This document shows positions 34,568-43,777 of a stretch of DNA of 45,786 nt, piece after piece. The stretch's first letter is position 1. Each line of letters starts with the position of its first letter. Below the pieces are notes generated by a model. That model saw only the letters and a list, made by a program, of their open reading frames with translations, made no database searches and was not told the DNA's origin. Origin of the DNA: Acutalibacteraceae bacterium (GTDB lineage: Bacteria > Bacillota > Clostridia > Oscillospirales > Acutalibacteraceae); assembly GCA_045643925.1 (NCBI GenBank), contig JAZRFZ010000038.1, forward strand, positions 1 to 45,786, read 5' to 3'. Both the position numbers and the translations under genes were made by a program.

Positions 34568-34590
34568 TAGACTTAACGGGGAGTCGTGTT
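34568..34590. other. GC-rich hairpin between clpX and lon
   Basis: GGGGAGTCG-TGTTG-CGACTCCCC. The T-run is on the plus-strand side only, so on the coding (minus) strand it lacks a U-tract. It may act as a processing, stability or partial-termination element. Confidence 0.4.
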
Positions 34591-34611
34591 GCGACTCCCC
34601 TTTTCAGTAAA

Positions 34612-35865
34612 TTAAACAGCCTTACTGTCTGTTTTCGGTTTTTTAACAAAAACGGGTTCACCCTTACCCTCAACAACATCTGCGTTGATTTTAACAACCT
34701 CAATGGTATCATCTGAGGGAACCTCATACATAATGGGGTTAAGCACACTCTCCATTATGGAACGAAGTCCACGGGCACCTGTTTCACGCTCAATGGTAAG
34801 CTCGGCAACCTTTCTCACCGCATCGTCGGTAAAATCAAGGTCAACCTTATCCATCTTAAGAAGGCTCTTATACTGTTTGAGAAGAGCATTCTTGGGCTGA
34901 GTGATAATATTCACAAGACCGTCAACATCAAGATTTTCGAGTGATGTGATAACAGGGATACGACCTACAAGCTCAGGTATAAGACCGAACTTCACCAAAT
35001 CCTGAGGGATAACGTGTGAATACATATCCATAGCCTTAAGCTCGGACTTGGAATGGATTTCACCACCAAAGCCAACAACAGATTTACCCATTCTGTCCTC
35101 AACCAGCTTTTCGATACCCGCAAAGGCACCACCGCAGATAAAGAGGATTTTGGATGTGTCAATCTGAATAAACTCCTGCTGAGGATGCTTTCTGCCACCC
35201 TGCGGAGGAACATTAGCAACAGTACCCTCAATAATCTTGAGTAGTGCCTGCTGAACACCCTCACCACTTACATCACGTGTGATTGAAGTATTCTCGGACT
35301 TTCTGCCGATTTTCTCTATTTCGCCGATGTAGATAATGCCACGCTCTGCACGTTCCATATCGTAGTCTGCCGCCTGAATGAGTCTGAGAAGAATGTTCTC
35401 AACGTCCTCACCAACATAGCCTGCCTCAGTAAGAGTTGTGGCATCGGCAATAGCAAAAGGAACCTCAAGAATCTTGGCAAGTGTAGATGCAAGTAAGGTT
35501 TTACCAACACCTGTTGGGCCAAGCATAAGCACATTACTCTTATTGATTTCCACATCGTCGGGGGATTTCAGATATATTCTTTTATAATGATTATAAACCG
35601 CAACACTGAGAACCTGCTTAGCCTTTTCCTGACCAATAACATACTCATCAAGAGCAGCCTTAATCTCCATAGGCTTGGGGAGTTTCTTTACAGGCTTGGG
35701 TGTAATTACCTTTTGCTTTGTGGGAATACCTTCAACGATATCCATACACAACTCAACACAAGCGTCACAGATGTAAACGCCGGGGCCTGAAATCAATCTT
35801 TCGACCTGATCCTGTGTTTTTCCGCAAAAGGAACAACGGACTTTCTTTTCATCATCTCGTGCCAA
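34612..35865 (-). CDS. clpX: ATP-dependent Clp protease ATP-binding subunit ClpX
   Basis: Zinc-ribbon CSFCGK...CDAC, Walker [12 protein letters not shown], and the IGF-type region. The TTG at 35865 has a GGAGGTG SD 6 nt upstream; the GTG at 35874 is part of that SD. Confidence 0.95.
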   Translation of the reverse strand: MARDDEKKVRCSFCGKTQDQVERLISGPGVYICDACVELCMDIVEGIPTKQKVITPKPVKKLPKPMEIKAALDEYVIGQEKAKQVLSVAVYNHYKRIYLKSPDDVEINKSNVLMLGPTGVGKTLLASTLAKILEVPFAIADATTLTEAGYVGEDVENILLRLIQAADYDMERAERGIIYIGEIEKIGRKSENTSITRDVSGEGVQQALLKIIEGTVANVPPQGGRKHPQQEFIQIDTSKILFICGGAFAGIEKLVEDRMGKSVVGFGGEIHSKSELKAMDMYSHVIPQDLVKFGLIPELVGRIPVITSLENLDVDGLVNIITQPKNALLKQYKSLLKMDKVDLDFTDDAVRKVAELTIERETGARGLRSIMESVLNPIMYEVPSDDTIEVVKINADVVEGKGEPVFVKKPKTDSKAV

Positions 35866-35893
35866 ACGTAGCACCTCCGGTTAATATGAGAAT

Positions 35894-36475
35894 TTATCTC
35901 TTTTCAATAATTTTATCTGCAAGACCGTATTCAACAGCCTGCTCTGCAGTGAGCCAATTATCACGCTCTGTATCAACAAAGATTTCTTCAACTGTCTTGC
36001 CTGTATTTTCGGCAAGGATTTTGTTAAGACGCTCTTTGGTACGCTTAATGTGGTCTGCGGCAATAAGAATCTCAGTTGCCTGCCCCTGTGCACCGCCTAA
36101 AGGTTGGTGAATCATAACCTCAGCATTGGGGAGAATGTAACGTTTACCCTTGGTACCTGCTGAGAAAAGGAATGCACCCATTGATGCTGCCATACCCATA
36201 CAGATTGTAGAAACATCACACTTGATGTACTGCATTGTATCGTAAATAGCAAGACCTGCAGTTACGCTACCACCGGGACTATTGATGTAAAAGCTGATAT
36301 CCTTTTCAGGGTCCTGACCCTCAAGGTAGAGAAGCTGTGCAACTACAAGACTCGCAGTTGCATCGTTAACTTCATCAGAAAGAACGATTATTCTGTCATT
36401 AAGGAGTCGTGAAAAGATGTCATACTGACGCTCTCCGCGGCTTGTCTGCTCAACAACATAAGGTACAAGTGCCAT
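35894..36475 (-). CDS. clpP: ATP-dependent Clp protease proteolytic subunit
   Basis: [23 protein letters not shown]-terminus and catalytic Ser context GMAASMGAF. 193 aa. Confidence 0.96.
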   Translation of the reverse strand: MALVPYVVEQTSRGERQYDIFSRLLNDRIIVLSDEVNDATASLVVAQLLYLEGQDPEKDISFYINSPGGSVTAGLAIYDTMQYIKCDVSTICMGMAASMGAFLFSAGTKGKRYILPNAEVMIHQPLGGAQGQATEILIAADHIKRTKERLNKILAENTGKTVEEIFVDTERDNWLTAEQAVEYGLADKIIEKR

Positions 36476-36557
36476 AATAATGACCTCCTGAAACTAAAAT
36501 TCAAGTTGATTATTGACTAAAACTTCAAATTTTAATCATCACTAAAAATCACATATA

Positions 36558-36582
36558 CCGCCCCAGGAAAGTACTGTGGCGG
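36558..36582 (-). terminator. Weak terminator-like hairpin after tig
   Basis: Minus strand GCCGCCACAG-loop-CTGGGGCGG with one mismatch. The U-run starts only about 9 nt downstream, so it is probably leaky. Confidence 0.3.
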
Positions 36583-36598
36583 CATAATATGTTTTGAA

Positions 36599-38062
36599 TT
36601 ATTCAGCTGACTCTTCTGCTTTCTTCTTAGCAGGAGCTTTCTTTGCTGCAGGTTTCTTTGCGGGCTTTTCTGCATCGTCTGCCTCTGCCTTTTTCTTAGC
36701 AGGAGCTTTCTTTGCGGGAGCCTTTTTCTCTGCGGGAGCTTCTGCATCTTCTGCTTCAGCTTTCTTCTTAGCGGGTGCCTTCTTTGCGCCTGCTACTGCA
36801 GTTTCCTTAACAAGGTCCATTGCCTTTCTGCAAGCAAGGTCTGCCTTAACATCATCTGCAGAAACGAGTGACTTAATCTTCTCGATAGGCATATTGTATG
36901 CATCGGCATAAGTCTTAAGCTCTGTTTCGATATCTTCTTCGCTGATGTCAATCTTCTCAAGCTCAACAATCTTCTCAAGAGCGAGACGAAGCTTAACCTG
37001 TTTCTCGGCGCCGTCCTTGTAACTGTCGCGGAGTGCGGCAATATCCATACCGAGGTACTGAAGGTACATTTCCATCTGCATACCCTGTGAACGAAGTCTG
37101 TAATCAAACTCGTTAATCTGATTGTCGATTTCTTTCTCAATCATAACTGCGGGGATTTCTGCAACAACGTTATCAACGAGTGTGTCCATAACCTTGTTTT
37201 CGAAGTCGCGGTCTGCTGCAGCTTCTTTTCTTGCTTTGATTTCTTCCTCAAGGCTCTTTTCGTAGTCAGCGATTGTGTCGAACTCGCTAACGTCCTTAAC
37301 GAACTCATCGTCGTACTTGGGAAGCTCTTTCTTCATAATCTTGTGAAGCTTGATTTTGAAAACAACAGGCTTACCTGCAAGTTCCTCTGCGCCGTAATCC
37401 TCAGGGAATGTTACGTCGATATCAAACTCCTCGTCAACCTTGTGACCGATAACCTGATCCTCAAAGCCGGGAATGAAGTTGCCTGAACCGAGTTCAAGGT
37501 CATAGCCTTCGCCCTTGCCGCCTTCGAATGCTTCACCATCAAGGAAACCTTCGAAGTCGATTGTTGCGATGTCGCCCTTCTTTGCAGCCTTGCCTTCAAC
37601 AGCAACGAGCTTTGCATCCTTTTCAAGAGCCTTGTCAACTTCTGCCTTGATTTCAGCCTTCTTAACTGTAACCTTTTCCTTTTCAGCCTTGATGCCCTTG
37701 TATGCCTTAAGCTCAACCTCGGGCTTAACTGTAACTTTGAACTTGATTGTGAAACCGTTTTCACTCATATCAACGATTTCATCATCATAGGGAGCAGCAA
37801 CGGGATTGATGCCTGCTTCCTTAACAGCAGCTTCGTAAAGTGCGGGATATTCTGCATCGATTGCATCATACCAGAAAGCTTCTTTGCCATAATATGTTTC
37901 AATGATGTGCTTAGGAGCTTTACCCTTACGGAAGCCGGGAACGTTGTATTTACCCCTTGTTTTTGTATAAGCCTTTGTAACTGCAGCTTTAAAAGCATCG
38001 CCCTCAAGTGCAATTTCAACCGCATATACGTTAGTTTCGATTTTTTCGCAAGACTTTAACAT
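36599..38062 (-). CDS. tig: Trigger factor with C-terminal Lys/Ala/Pro-rich repeat extension
   Basis: Ribosome-binding motif GFRKGKAP, an FKBP-type PPIase domain, and a C-terminal arm domain. A 64-aa low-complexity tail is added (487 aa versus the typical 425-435 aa). Confidence 0.95.
   Translation of the reverse strand: MLKSCEKIETNVYAVEIALEGDAFKAAVTKAYTKTRGKYNVPGFRKGKAPKHIIETYYGKEAFWYDAIDAEYPALYEAAVKEAGINPVAAPYDDEIVDMSENGFTIKFKVTVKPEVELKAYKGIKAEKEKVTVKKAEIKAEVDKALEKDAKLVAVEGKAAKKGDIATIDFEGFLDGEAFEGGKGEGYDLELGSGNFIPGFEDQVIGHKVDEEFDIDVTFPEDYGAEELAGKPVVFKIKLHKIMKKELPKYDDEFVKDVSEFDTIADYEKSLEEEIKARKEAAADRDFENKVMDTLVDNVVAEIPAVMIEKEIDNQINEFDYRLRSQGMQMEMYLQYLGMDIAALRDSYKDGAEKQVKLRLALEKIVELEKIDISEEDIETELKTYADAYNMPIEKIKSLVSADDVKADLACRKAMDLVKETAVAGAKKAPAKKKAEAEDAEAPAEKKAPAKKAPAKKKAEADDAEKPAKKPAAKKAPAKKKAEESAE
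36602..36793 (-). repeat. Three imperfect in-frame tandem repeats (about 66-70 nt) encoding KKAPAKKKAE-x3-AE units
   Basis: On the plus strand the unit CTTTCTTCTTAGCAGGAGCTTTCTTTGC recurs three times with small changes. The protein reads AGAKKAPAKKKAEAEDAEAPAEKKAPAKKAPAKKKAEADDAEKPAKKPAAKKAPAKKKAEESAE. Confidence 0.85.
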
Positions 38063-38106
38063 TTGAATAACATCCTTTCATATTGCGAACATAATTTTAC
38101 CGAGAT

Positions 38107-38135
38107 ATTATATCACAACAATATTTGTTTTTCCA
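38107..38135 (-). promoter_or_regulatory. Candidate extended -10 promoter for tig
   Basis: Minus strand reads TGGAAA (38130-38135), a 17-nt spacer, then TGA-TATAAT (-10 at 38107-38112). Confidence 0.5.
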
Positions 38136-38143
38136 CCATATTT

Positions 38144-38179
38144 TGAAAAAAGTTCCATATTTTAGTAAAATATATGGAA
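38144..38179 (-). terminator. AT-rich terminator after the phosphoesterase gene
   Basis: Minus strand TTCCATAT...ATATGGAA (38172-38179 / 38153-38160) followed by CTTTTTT. Confidence 0.55.
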
Positions 38180-38211
38180 TTTTGCCATAAAGTAAGCAAA
38201 TTTTATAAAAA

Positions 38212-38910
38212 TCATTCAACAACAGGCGGTATTAAACGTGGTACGAACTGTAAATAGTCCGCAGAAATGAGTCTGAACTCGATACCGTCAGTGTCTATAC
38301 GGGCACAACCCGGAGCAACAAAACCGTGAAGATGGCCGAAGAAACACCTTTTCACAGGGAACTCGGCGAGAACATCAAGCAGCTCGTCGCAGCGCTGAAT
38401 CTCGTTAACCGGCGGATAATGAAGAAAAGCTATAATTTCGCCGCCAAGCTCTTCAGCTGCCTTAAGCGAGGCACGAAGTCTGCCTGCCTCGCGGAGAATC
38501 ACCTTGTGCACGTCACCCTCGGAGTCGTCATAGAACCAACCGCGAGTACCTGCTATGGCAAAGCCCTCTACCCTATAAGCGTTATTGTGAATAATTTTTA
38601 TGGTGTCAAAATGATTTTCCAGAAGAAATTTATTCATTTTGGACATGGTATTCCACCAATAATCGTGATTGCCCTTGATGATATACTTGGTGCCATTCAG
38701 TTCATTGAGAAAAGCAAAATCTTTTTTTGCCTCATCAAAATTCATTGCCCAGGAAATATCACCTGCAATAACCACACTATCACCCTCACCCACAACATTA
38801 TTCCAGTTGTTGCGGAGTCTGTCGGTATAGTCAGTCCACCCCCTGAAAACATCCATAGGCTTGTTGACAGAGAACGACAGATGGGGGTCACCGATAACAA
38901 ATAATGACAT
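38212..38910 (-). CDS. Calcineurin-like metallophosphoesterase
   Basis: Metallophosphoesterase motifs GDPHL, AGDIS, GNHDYW and GHLH in the canonical order. 232 aa. Confidence 0.85.
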   Translation of the reverse strand: MSLFVIGDPHLSFSVNKPMDVFRGWTDYTDRLRNNWNNVVGEGDSVVIAGDISWAMNFDEAKKDFAFLNELNGTKYIIKGNHDYWWNTMSKMNKFLLENHFDTIKIIHNNAYRVEGFAIAGTRGWFYDDSEGDVHKVILREAGRLRASLKAAEELGGEIIAFLHYPPVNEIQRCDELLDVLAEFPVKRCFFGHLHGFVAPGCARIDTDGIEFRLISADYLQFVPRLIPPVVE

Positions 38911-38913
38911 CGC

Positions 38914-40407
38914 TTAAATACCAAGCATTTCAAAGACAACATCTGCCATATTCTCTTTAGATGTTACCTTTGTGAATCTTACCTCTTTACCCTTAAGTGC
39001 AGAAAGCTGTTCGGGTGCTTTGAGTGAGGAGATTTCTTCAAGTGCGTTTACTGTGCTGAATTCATCAGCATAGTCCTTCTCACCCTCAACTGCAGTAAGC
39101 ACAGCCTTTGAGAATTTGAAGGGTGATGCTGTAGATGCCACAACAACAGGAGTTGTATCACCTGTTTTTGCAATGTAAGAATCGCACACATCAAGTGCTA
39201 CCGCTGTATGAGTATCGGCAAGATAACCATAGTCATTATAAACACGGTTGATAGTCTCTTTTGTTTTATCATCATCACAGCAACCTGCAACAAAAAGTGA
39301 CTGAATCTGCGCTTTAACATCCTCACTTACTTCGTACTTGCCGTTTTCTTTAAGTTGAGTAAACCAATCGTTAATAACTGCACTGTCTCTACCACAGAGA
39401 ATGTAAAGAAGTCTTTCGAGGTTTGATGAAATAAGGATATCCATTGACGGAGAAACCGTTGTATAGAAATCACGGTTTCTGTCATAAACACCTGTTTCAA
39501 TAAAGTCGGTAAGAACCTTATTTGCATTTGAAGCACAGATGAGTTTGTTTACAGGGAGACCCATTTCCTTAGCAAAATAAGCGGCAAGAATGTTACCGAA
39601 GTTACCTGTGGGAACAACGATATTGATTTTGTCGCCGTATTTAATTGAACCGTTGTTTATCATATCGCAATAAGCGGATACATAGTAAACAATCTGAGGA
39701 GCAAGTCTTCCCCAGTTAATGGAGTTTGCGGATGAGAAAACAAGGTTGTTCTGCTCAAATCTGTCGAGAATTTCTTTGTTTGTGAAGATATTCTTAACAC
39801 CTGTCTGACAGTCGTCAAAGTTGCCGTAAATCGCACAAACACCAACATTGCCACCCTCCTGAGTGGTCATCTGAAGCCTCTGCATGGGGCTTACACCGTC
39901 ATTGGGATAGAATACGAGAATACGTGTACCCTCTACGTCCTTGAAGCCCTCAAGTGCAGCCTTACCTGTATCACCTGATGTGGCAACGAGGATAACGATT
40001 TCCTTATCCTTAAGATTCTTCTTAGCAGAAACTGTAAGAAGATAGGGTAAAATCTGCAAAGCCATATCCTTGAAAGCACAAGTAGGTCCACGGAAAAGTT
40101 CAAGTATATTCACATTATCGTGTGCATTTACTACGGGTGCAACAAATTCGGAATCGAATTTGCCATCCTTATATGCGCCCTCTACACAATAATCAAGCTC
40201 TTCCTTGGTAAAATCTGTAAGGTAAAGACCAAGCACCTTTTTAGCACGTTCTTTGTAATTCACACCGCAGAGAGCCTTGATTTCATCAGCACTGAGCTGA
40301 GGAATGCTCTCAGGAATATAAAGACCGCCATCGGGTGAAATACCGTCAGCAATAGCCTTGGATGCGGTAACCTTTACGTTATTATCGCGTGTTGAAGTAA
40401 AAAACAT
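38914..40407 (-). CDS. thrC: Threonine synthase (long form)
   Basis: N-terminus FTSTRDNN...GGLYIPE, PLP-lysine context PTCAFKDMALQ, and ATSGDTGKAA. 497 aa. Confidence 0.92.
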   Translation of the reverse strand: MFFTSTRDNNVKVTASKAIADGISPDGGLYIPESIPQLSADEIKALCGVNYKERAKKVLGLYLTDFTKEELDYCVEGAYKDGKFDSEFVAPVVNAHDNVNILELFRGPTCAFKDMALQILPYLLTVSAKKNLKDKEIVILVATSGDTGKAALEGFKDVEGTRILVFYPNDGVSPMQRLQMTTQEGGNVGVCAIYGNFDDCQTGVKNIFTNKEILDRFEQNNLVFSSANSINWGRLAPQIVYYVSAYCDMINNGSIKYGDKINIVVPTGNFGNILAAYFAKEMGLPVNKLICASNANKVLTDFIETGVYDRNRDFYTTVSPSMDILISSNLERLLYILCGRDSAVINDWFTQLKENGKYEVSEDVKAQIQSLFVAGCCDDDKTKETINRVYNDYGYLADTHTAVALDVCDSYIAKTGDTTPVVVASTASPFKFSKAVLTAVEGEKDYADEFSTVNALEEISSLKAPEQLSALKGKEVRFTKVTSKENMADVVFEMLGI

Positions 40408-40481
40408 AAATAGTCACTTCCCTTTGAAAAAAGTCGCATTACTGCATTATCGATTTATTTTATCAAAGGGTTAAATAATTG

Positions 40482-41747
40482 TCAAGGCAAAAAGGGATAT
40501 TCCGTATTACCTGTTGTAAGGAAATTGGCAATTTTGAGAAATGCGCCAAAGACATTCAGTTCCCCAACCTCATTTGCGGCAGTAATTTTATACTCACGGC
40601 ACTTTTTGCCGTCAATATAAACAGAAACAGTACCAAGGGTCTGCCCCTTAATCACAGGTGCTTCCACGTCGGTGCATAGCTCGGTTTTTACTTCCACTGC
40701 ACTCTCCTGACCTTTCTTTATAAGCACAGGTGAAGGGCTTGGAATTTCGGGTGTAACAAAATCCGTTTTGCCTTTTATGACGTTAACCGAGTTAATGGTT
40801 GAACTGTCAACAACAGGTGCAAAAAGTGTATAATTACTGAACCCCCAACTAAGCATCGATTTGGCTGTGTTAAAGCGGTCGTTACTGTTGCCGCTCCCCA
40901 AAACAACTGCTACAAGATGAAGACCCTCCCGCTTGGCACTTGCAGACACACAACACCCTGCCTTGGCGGTTGTGCCTGTCTTAAGACCTGTTGTGCCATC
41001 ATAAAAACGCACAAGTTTGTTAGTATTTACAAGCTCGGTTTCACCGCCCCTCAAGGAATCCATCCACACGGTAGTATATTTCGTTATAAAATCGTGTTTC
41101 AGCAGTTCCCGTGACATTATTGCAATATCACGTGCGGTTGTAAGGTGCTCATCTGTTGTATCATCAAGTCCTGTGGCGTTTACAAAGTGGGTATTCTTCA
41201 TCCCCAACTCCTTGGCGCGGGAGTTCATAAGGGAAATAAAGCTCTGCTCACTACCTGAAACATACTCTCCCAGTAGCGTGGCGGCATCATTTGCGCTACC
41301 TATTGCAGTCGCACGGAGAAGCTCATCAACAGTCATACTCTCCCCCGGCTCAAGCCATATCTGCGAACCGCCCTTTGACGCGGCATTTTCGGAGCAGACC
41401 ACCTTATCGGTAAGTGATATTTCCTTTTTGTCAACCGCCTCGGCAACAAGGAGCATGGTCATAACTTTGGTTACGGACGCAGGGAACAATTTCAAATCGG
41501 GATTATATTCCATAAGAACCTCACCTGTGGAAACATCCATCAGAACAGCTGATTTCGCCTTAATTTCCACAGGCAGTTTTTTGAGCGCTTCGTCATTACT
41601 TACAGAGGCAACAAAGTCTTCAGGGATGGTTATTTCCTCCTCCCCTTTAACCACAGATACCGCACACACACTTCCGGAGCAAAACTGAAACAAAACAACC
41701 AAAGATAAGAAAAAGCTAAACGCCTTTATAAAAAAAGAATTTCTCAT
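40482..41747 (-). CDS. Serine-type D-Ala-D-Ala carboxypeptidase (peptidase S11, PBP5-like)
   Basis: Signal/TM segment, SxxK motif PASVTKVMT, SGN-type region, KTGTT motif, and a C-terminal beta-sandwich domain. ATG 41747 has a GAGGTGA SD. Confidence 0.88.
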   Translation of the reverse strand: MRNSFFIKAFSFFLSLVVLFQFCSGSVCAVSVVKGEEEITIPEDFVASVSNDEALKKLPVEIKAKSAVLMDVSTGEVLMEYNPDLKLFPASVTKVMTMLLVAEAVDKKEISLTDKVVCSENAASKGGSQIWLEPGESMTVDELLRATAIGSANDAATLLGEYVSGSEQSFISLMNSRAKELGMKNTHFVNATGLDDTTDEHLTTARDIAIMSRELLKHDFITKYTTVWMDSLRGGETELVNTNKLVRFYDGTTGLKTGTTAKAGCCVSASAKREGLHLVAVVLGSGNSNDRFNTAKSMLSWGFSNYTLFAPVVDSSTINSVNVIKGKTDFVTPEIPSPSPVLIKKGQESAVEVKTELCTDVEAPVIKGQTLGTVSVYIDGKKCREYKITAANEVGELNVFGAFLKIANFLTTGNTEYPFLP

Positions 41748-41792
41748 ATACTTCACCTCGGTGAAATATATGAGAAATTTCATTTTATTATT

Positions 41793-42710
41793 CTATTCAC
41801 ATACGAGGCATACCCAACCGTTTTCCTCGATGCGCTCACGTACGGTAAGTCCTGCATTCTGGAGTGCGAGAACAACTTCGTCTGCACGTGAGTCAATAAT
41901 ACCAGATGCAACGAACTTTGCGTTTGGTTTCATAAACGCCCTTACCTGAGTACTGAAAAGGATAATTATATCTGCCACAATGTTTGCAACAACAACATCG
42001 TATTTTTTCGTTACCTTATCTGCAAGGTCACCACAAACAAACTGAAGCTCGGGCTCGTTAAGTCCGTTCATTTTACCATTCTCTGCGGCTGTTTTAACTG
42101 CAAGGGGGTCAATGTCAACACCAAAGCCCTCTGTTGCGCCGAGGAGCATTGACGCAATGGCAAGAATACCGCTACCGCAACCGATGTCAAGAACCGTGTC
42201 GCCATCTCGAATGATCTTATCAAGGGTTTCAAGGCAAAGACGAGTTGTTTCATGAGTGCCCGTACCAAATGCAGCACCGGGTTCAATATTGAGTACAACT
42301 CGATCACCGCTGTCGTAATCATCCACCCATATAGGTCTTACGAACAACCTTTCGCCAACAGGAGTAGGCTTGAAAAAGGCTTTCCATTTGTCTGCCCAAT
42401 CCTCCTCACTGCAACCATCAGTTTCGATTTTAAAGGAGATACCCTCAGCAGAAAGGCGCTCGGAGATAAAGGAAACCGCCTCCGCAGGATTATTACCTTC
42501 TTCAATATAAATGTGAATAATTGATTCGTTACGGTTCTTTTCGAGTAAGTCCTCGTCAATCAAATCAATATGTGCAATTTCCCACGCACCCTGTTCAAGG
42601 TCACTGTAATCCTCAATATAAATACCATAAGGTACTGTCATTACCGCAATACCTGAAGCACGTTCAGTATCACCTGTGGGAACGAAAATTTTAACTTCTG
42701 TATAATTCAT
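41793..42710 (-). CDS. prmA: Ribosomal protein L11 methyltransferase
   Basis: PrmA architecture with the SAM motif VLDIGCGSGILAI, preceded by FGTGTHETT. ATG 42710 has a GAGG SD; the track start at 42722 is a TTG inside that SD. Confidence 0.92.
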   Translation of the reverse strand: MNYTEVKIFVPTGDTERASGIAVMTVPYGIYIEDYSDLEQGAWEIAHIDLIDEDLLEKNRNESIIHIYIEEGNNPAEAVSFISERLSAEGISFKIETDGCSEEDWADKWKAFFKPTPVGERLFVRPIWVDDYDSGDRVVLNIEPGAAFGTGTHETTRLCLETLDKIIRDGDTVLDIGCGSGILAIASMLLGATEGFGVDIDPLAVKTAAENGKMNGLNEPELQFVCGDLADKVTKKYDVVVANIVADIIILFSTQVRAFMKPNAKFVASGIIDSRADEVVLALQNAGLTVRERIEENGWVCLVCE

Positions 42711-42718
42711 AAATAACC

Positions 42719-43750
42719 TCAATACTTATTGTGTACGTCCTCGGCAAAGCAAAGACAATCTTTAAGCTCGATAACCTGACCGTCGTCAAGAATAGCCTTA
42801 CCACTCATTCTGCCGAATACCTGATGCTGGTCTGTGATAATAAACTTAATATCAATCTTTGCCGCTCTGTCAAGAATGGGTACGAAGTCCATTTCGAATC
42901 TGCCGTCACTTGATGTGAATGTCCATGGGTCAGTATAACCTGACTCGGGGATATTGAATGTAACGTCATCAAGCTTGTGTGCCTTGCCGTCATAGAAAAG
43001 AATATTTTCACTTGCGGCAGTTGTATCACCAAAGCCGTAACCAATGTTGAAGCCGAAGGGTTTGCCGTTAACAGTCATATTACCTGAGCCCCAATACCAT
43101 GTGTTGTCATAAGTCCACACACCGCGACCCCAGTCAAGTGTACCGTAGTCAATTTCGGGGTTAAGCTCATAGGTTTTGCCATCAAATTCAATAGTACCCG
43201 ATGCACGCATACAGTTGATTTTCTGATTATAATAGAATGCTGTCTTTTTCTCCTTCCAAGGAGTTGCAATAACCATTGTATCCATAGGAGGCTGAGAAAG
43301 TGTAATTGAGCATTTGAGAGGCTTTTCACCCATAAAGTTCTTGTAATCACAGTAAATGGAGCGTTTGTCCTTCTCTGCAACAAACTGCATATCAAGGCGC
43401 TTATCCTGATACTTTGTTATGCCTGTTTCACTTGTTGCAGGCAAGTTAAATTTACCCATAGGGAAGAAATTAAGAATTGTCTCGGTATGCTCCCAGGGGT
43501 TGTCACCCAAATCAAGGAATGATGCGCTCTGCAAACCGATATATCCGTCATCGGAGATAGTAAATGCGAGAGCAATATTATGCTCGTTTGACACTACGAG
43601 ATAATAATCCCACTCTTTAATACGGAATTTGGGTGCTTTGACGTCCTTGCGGTCATACTTCTGCACAAGGCTCCTTGACCAACCGGGTTCACGGAGTGAG
43701 CCATCTTCCTTTAAAAGTGACTGTACGTTTGTAACCTCGTGATTTCTCAT
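42719..43750 (-). CDS. Conserved hypothetical protein, probably DUF2804 family
   Basis: 343-aa soluble protein rich in Trp, Tyr and Gly (WDYYLV, WYWGSGN) with a beta-rich character. The family assignment is from memory only and needs an HMM search. Confidence 0.45.
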   Translation of the reverse strand: MRNHEVTNVQSLLKEDGSLREPGWSRSLVQKYDRKDVKAPKFRIKEWDYYLVVSNEHNIALAFTISDDGYIGLQSASFLDLGDNPWEHTETILNFFPMGKFNLPATSETGITKYQDKRLDMQFVAEKDKRSIYCDYKNFMGEKPLKCSITLSQPPMDTMVIATPWKEKKTAFYYNQKINCMRASGTIEFDGKTYELNPEIDYGTLDWGRGVWTYDNTWYWGSGNMTVNGKPFGFNIGYGFGDTTAASENILFYDGKAHKLDDVTFNIPESGYTDPWTFTSSDGRFEMDFVPILDRAAKIDIKFIITDQHQVFGRMSGKAILDDGQVIELKDCLCFAEDVHNKY

Positions 43751-43777
43751 AATAAATCCTCCCTTATCTACGTTAAT

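Noticed and set aside
36476-36598. A CtsR operator (GGTCAAA-N3-GGTCAAA) or CIRCE element upstream of clpP, and likewise at 34539-34611 upstream of lon.
   Set aside because: Only a weak resemblance was found (AGTCAATAATCAACTT), with no convincing heptad direct repeat or TTAGCACTC-N9-GAGTGCTAA palindrome.
36602-36793. Tandem repeats that might suggest a CRISPR-like or minisatellite non-coding element.
   Set aside because: The repeats are in frame within tig, have no unique spacers, and translate into a coherent KKAPAKKKAE repeat. They are reported instead as a protein tail.
40408-40481. The inverted repeat CCCTTTGA...TCAAAGGG upstream of thrC, considered as a Thr T-box or attenuator.
   Set aside because: The region is only 74 nt. 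The repeat has a long unstructured loop and no U-tract or specifier-like features, so the evidence is insufficient.
41017-41688. Long antisense or alternate-frame ORFs. Examples: 223 aa opposite the carboxypeptidase gene, 192 aa at 38326-38904, 188 aa at 29020-29586, 206 aa at 18013-18633 and 135 aa at 22493-22900.
   Set aside because: All lie entirely within confidently assigned genes. They have low-complexity or skewed composition typical of shadow ORFs and lack SD sequences.
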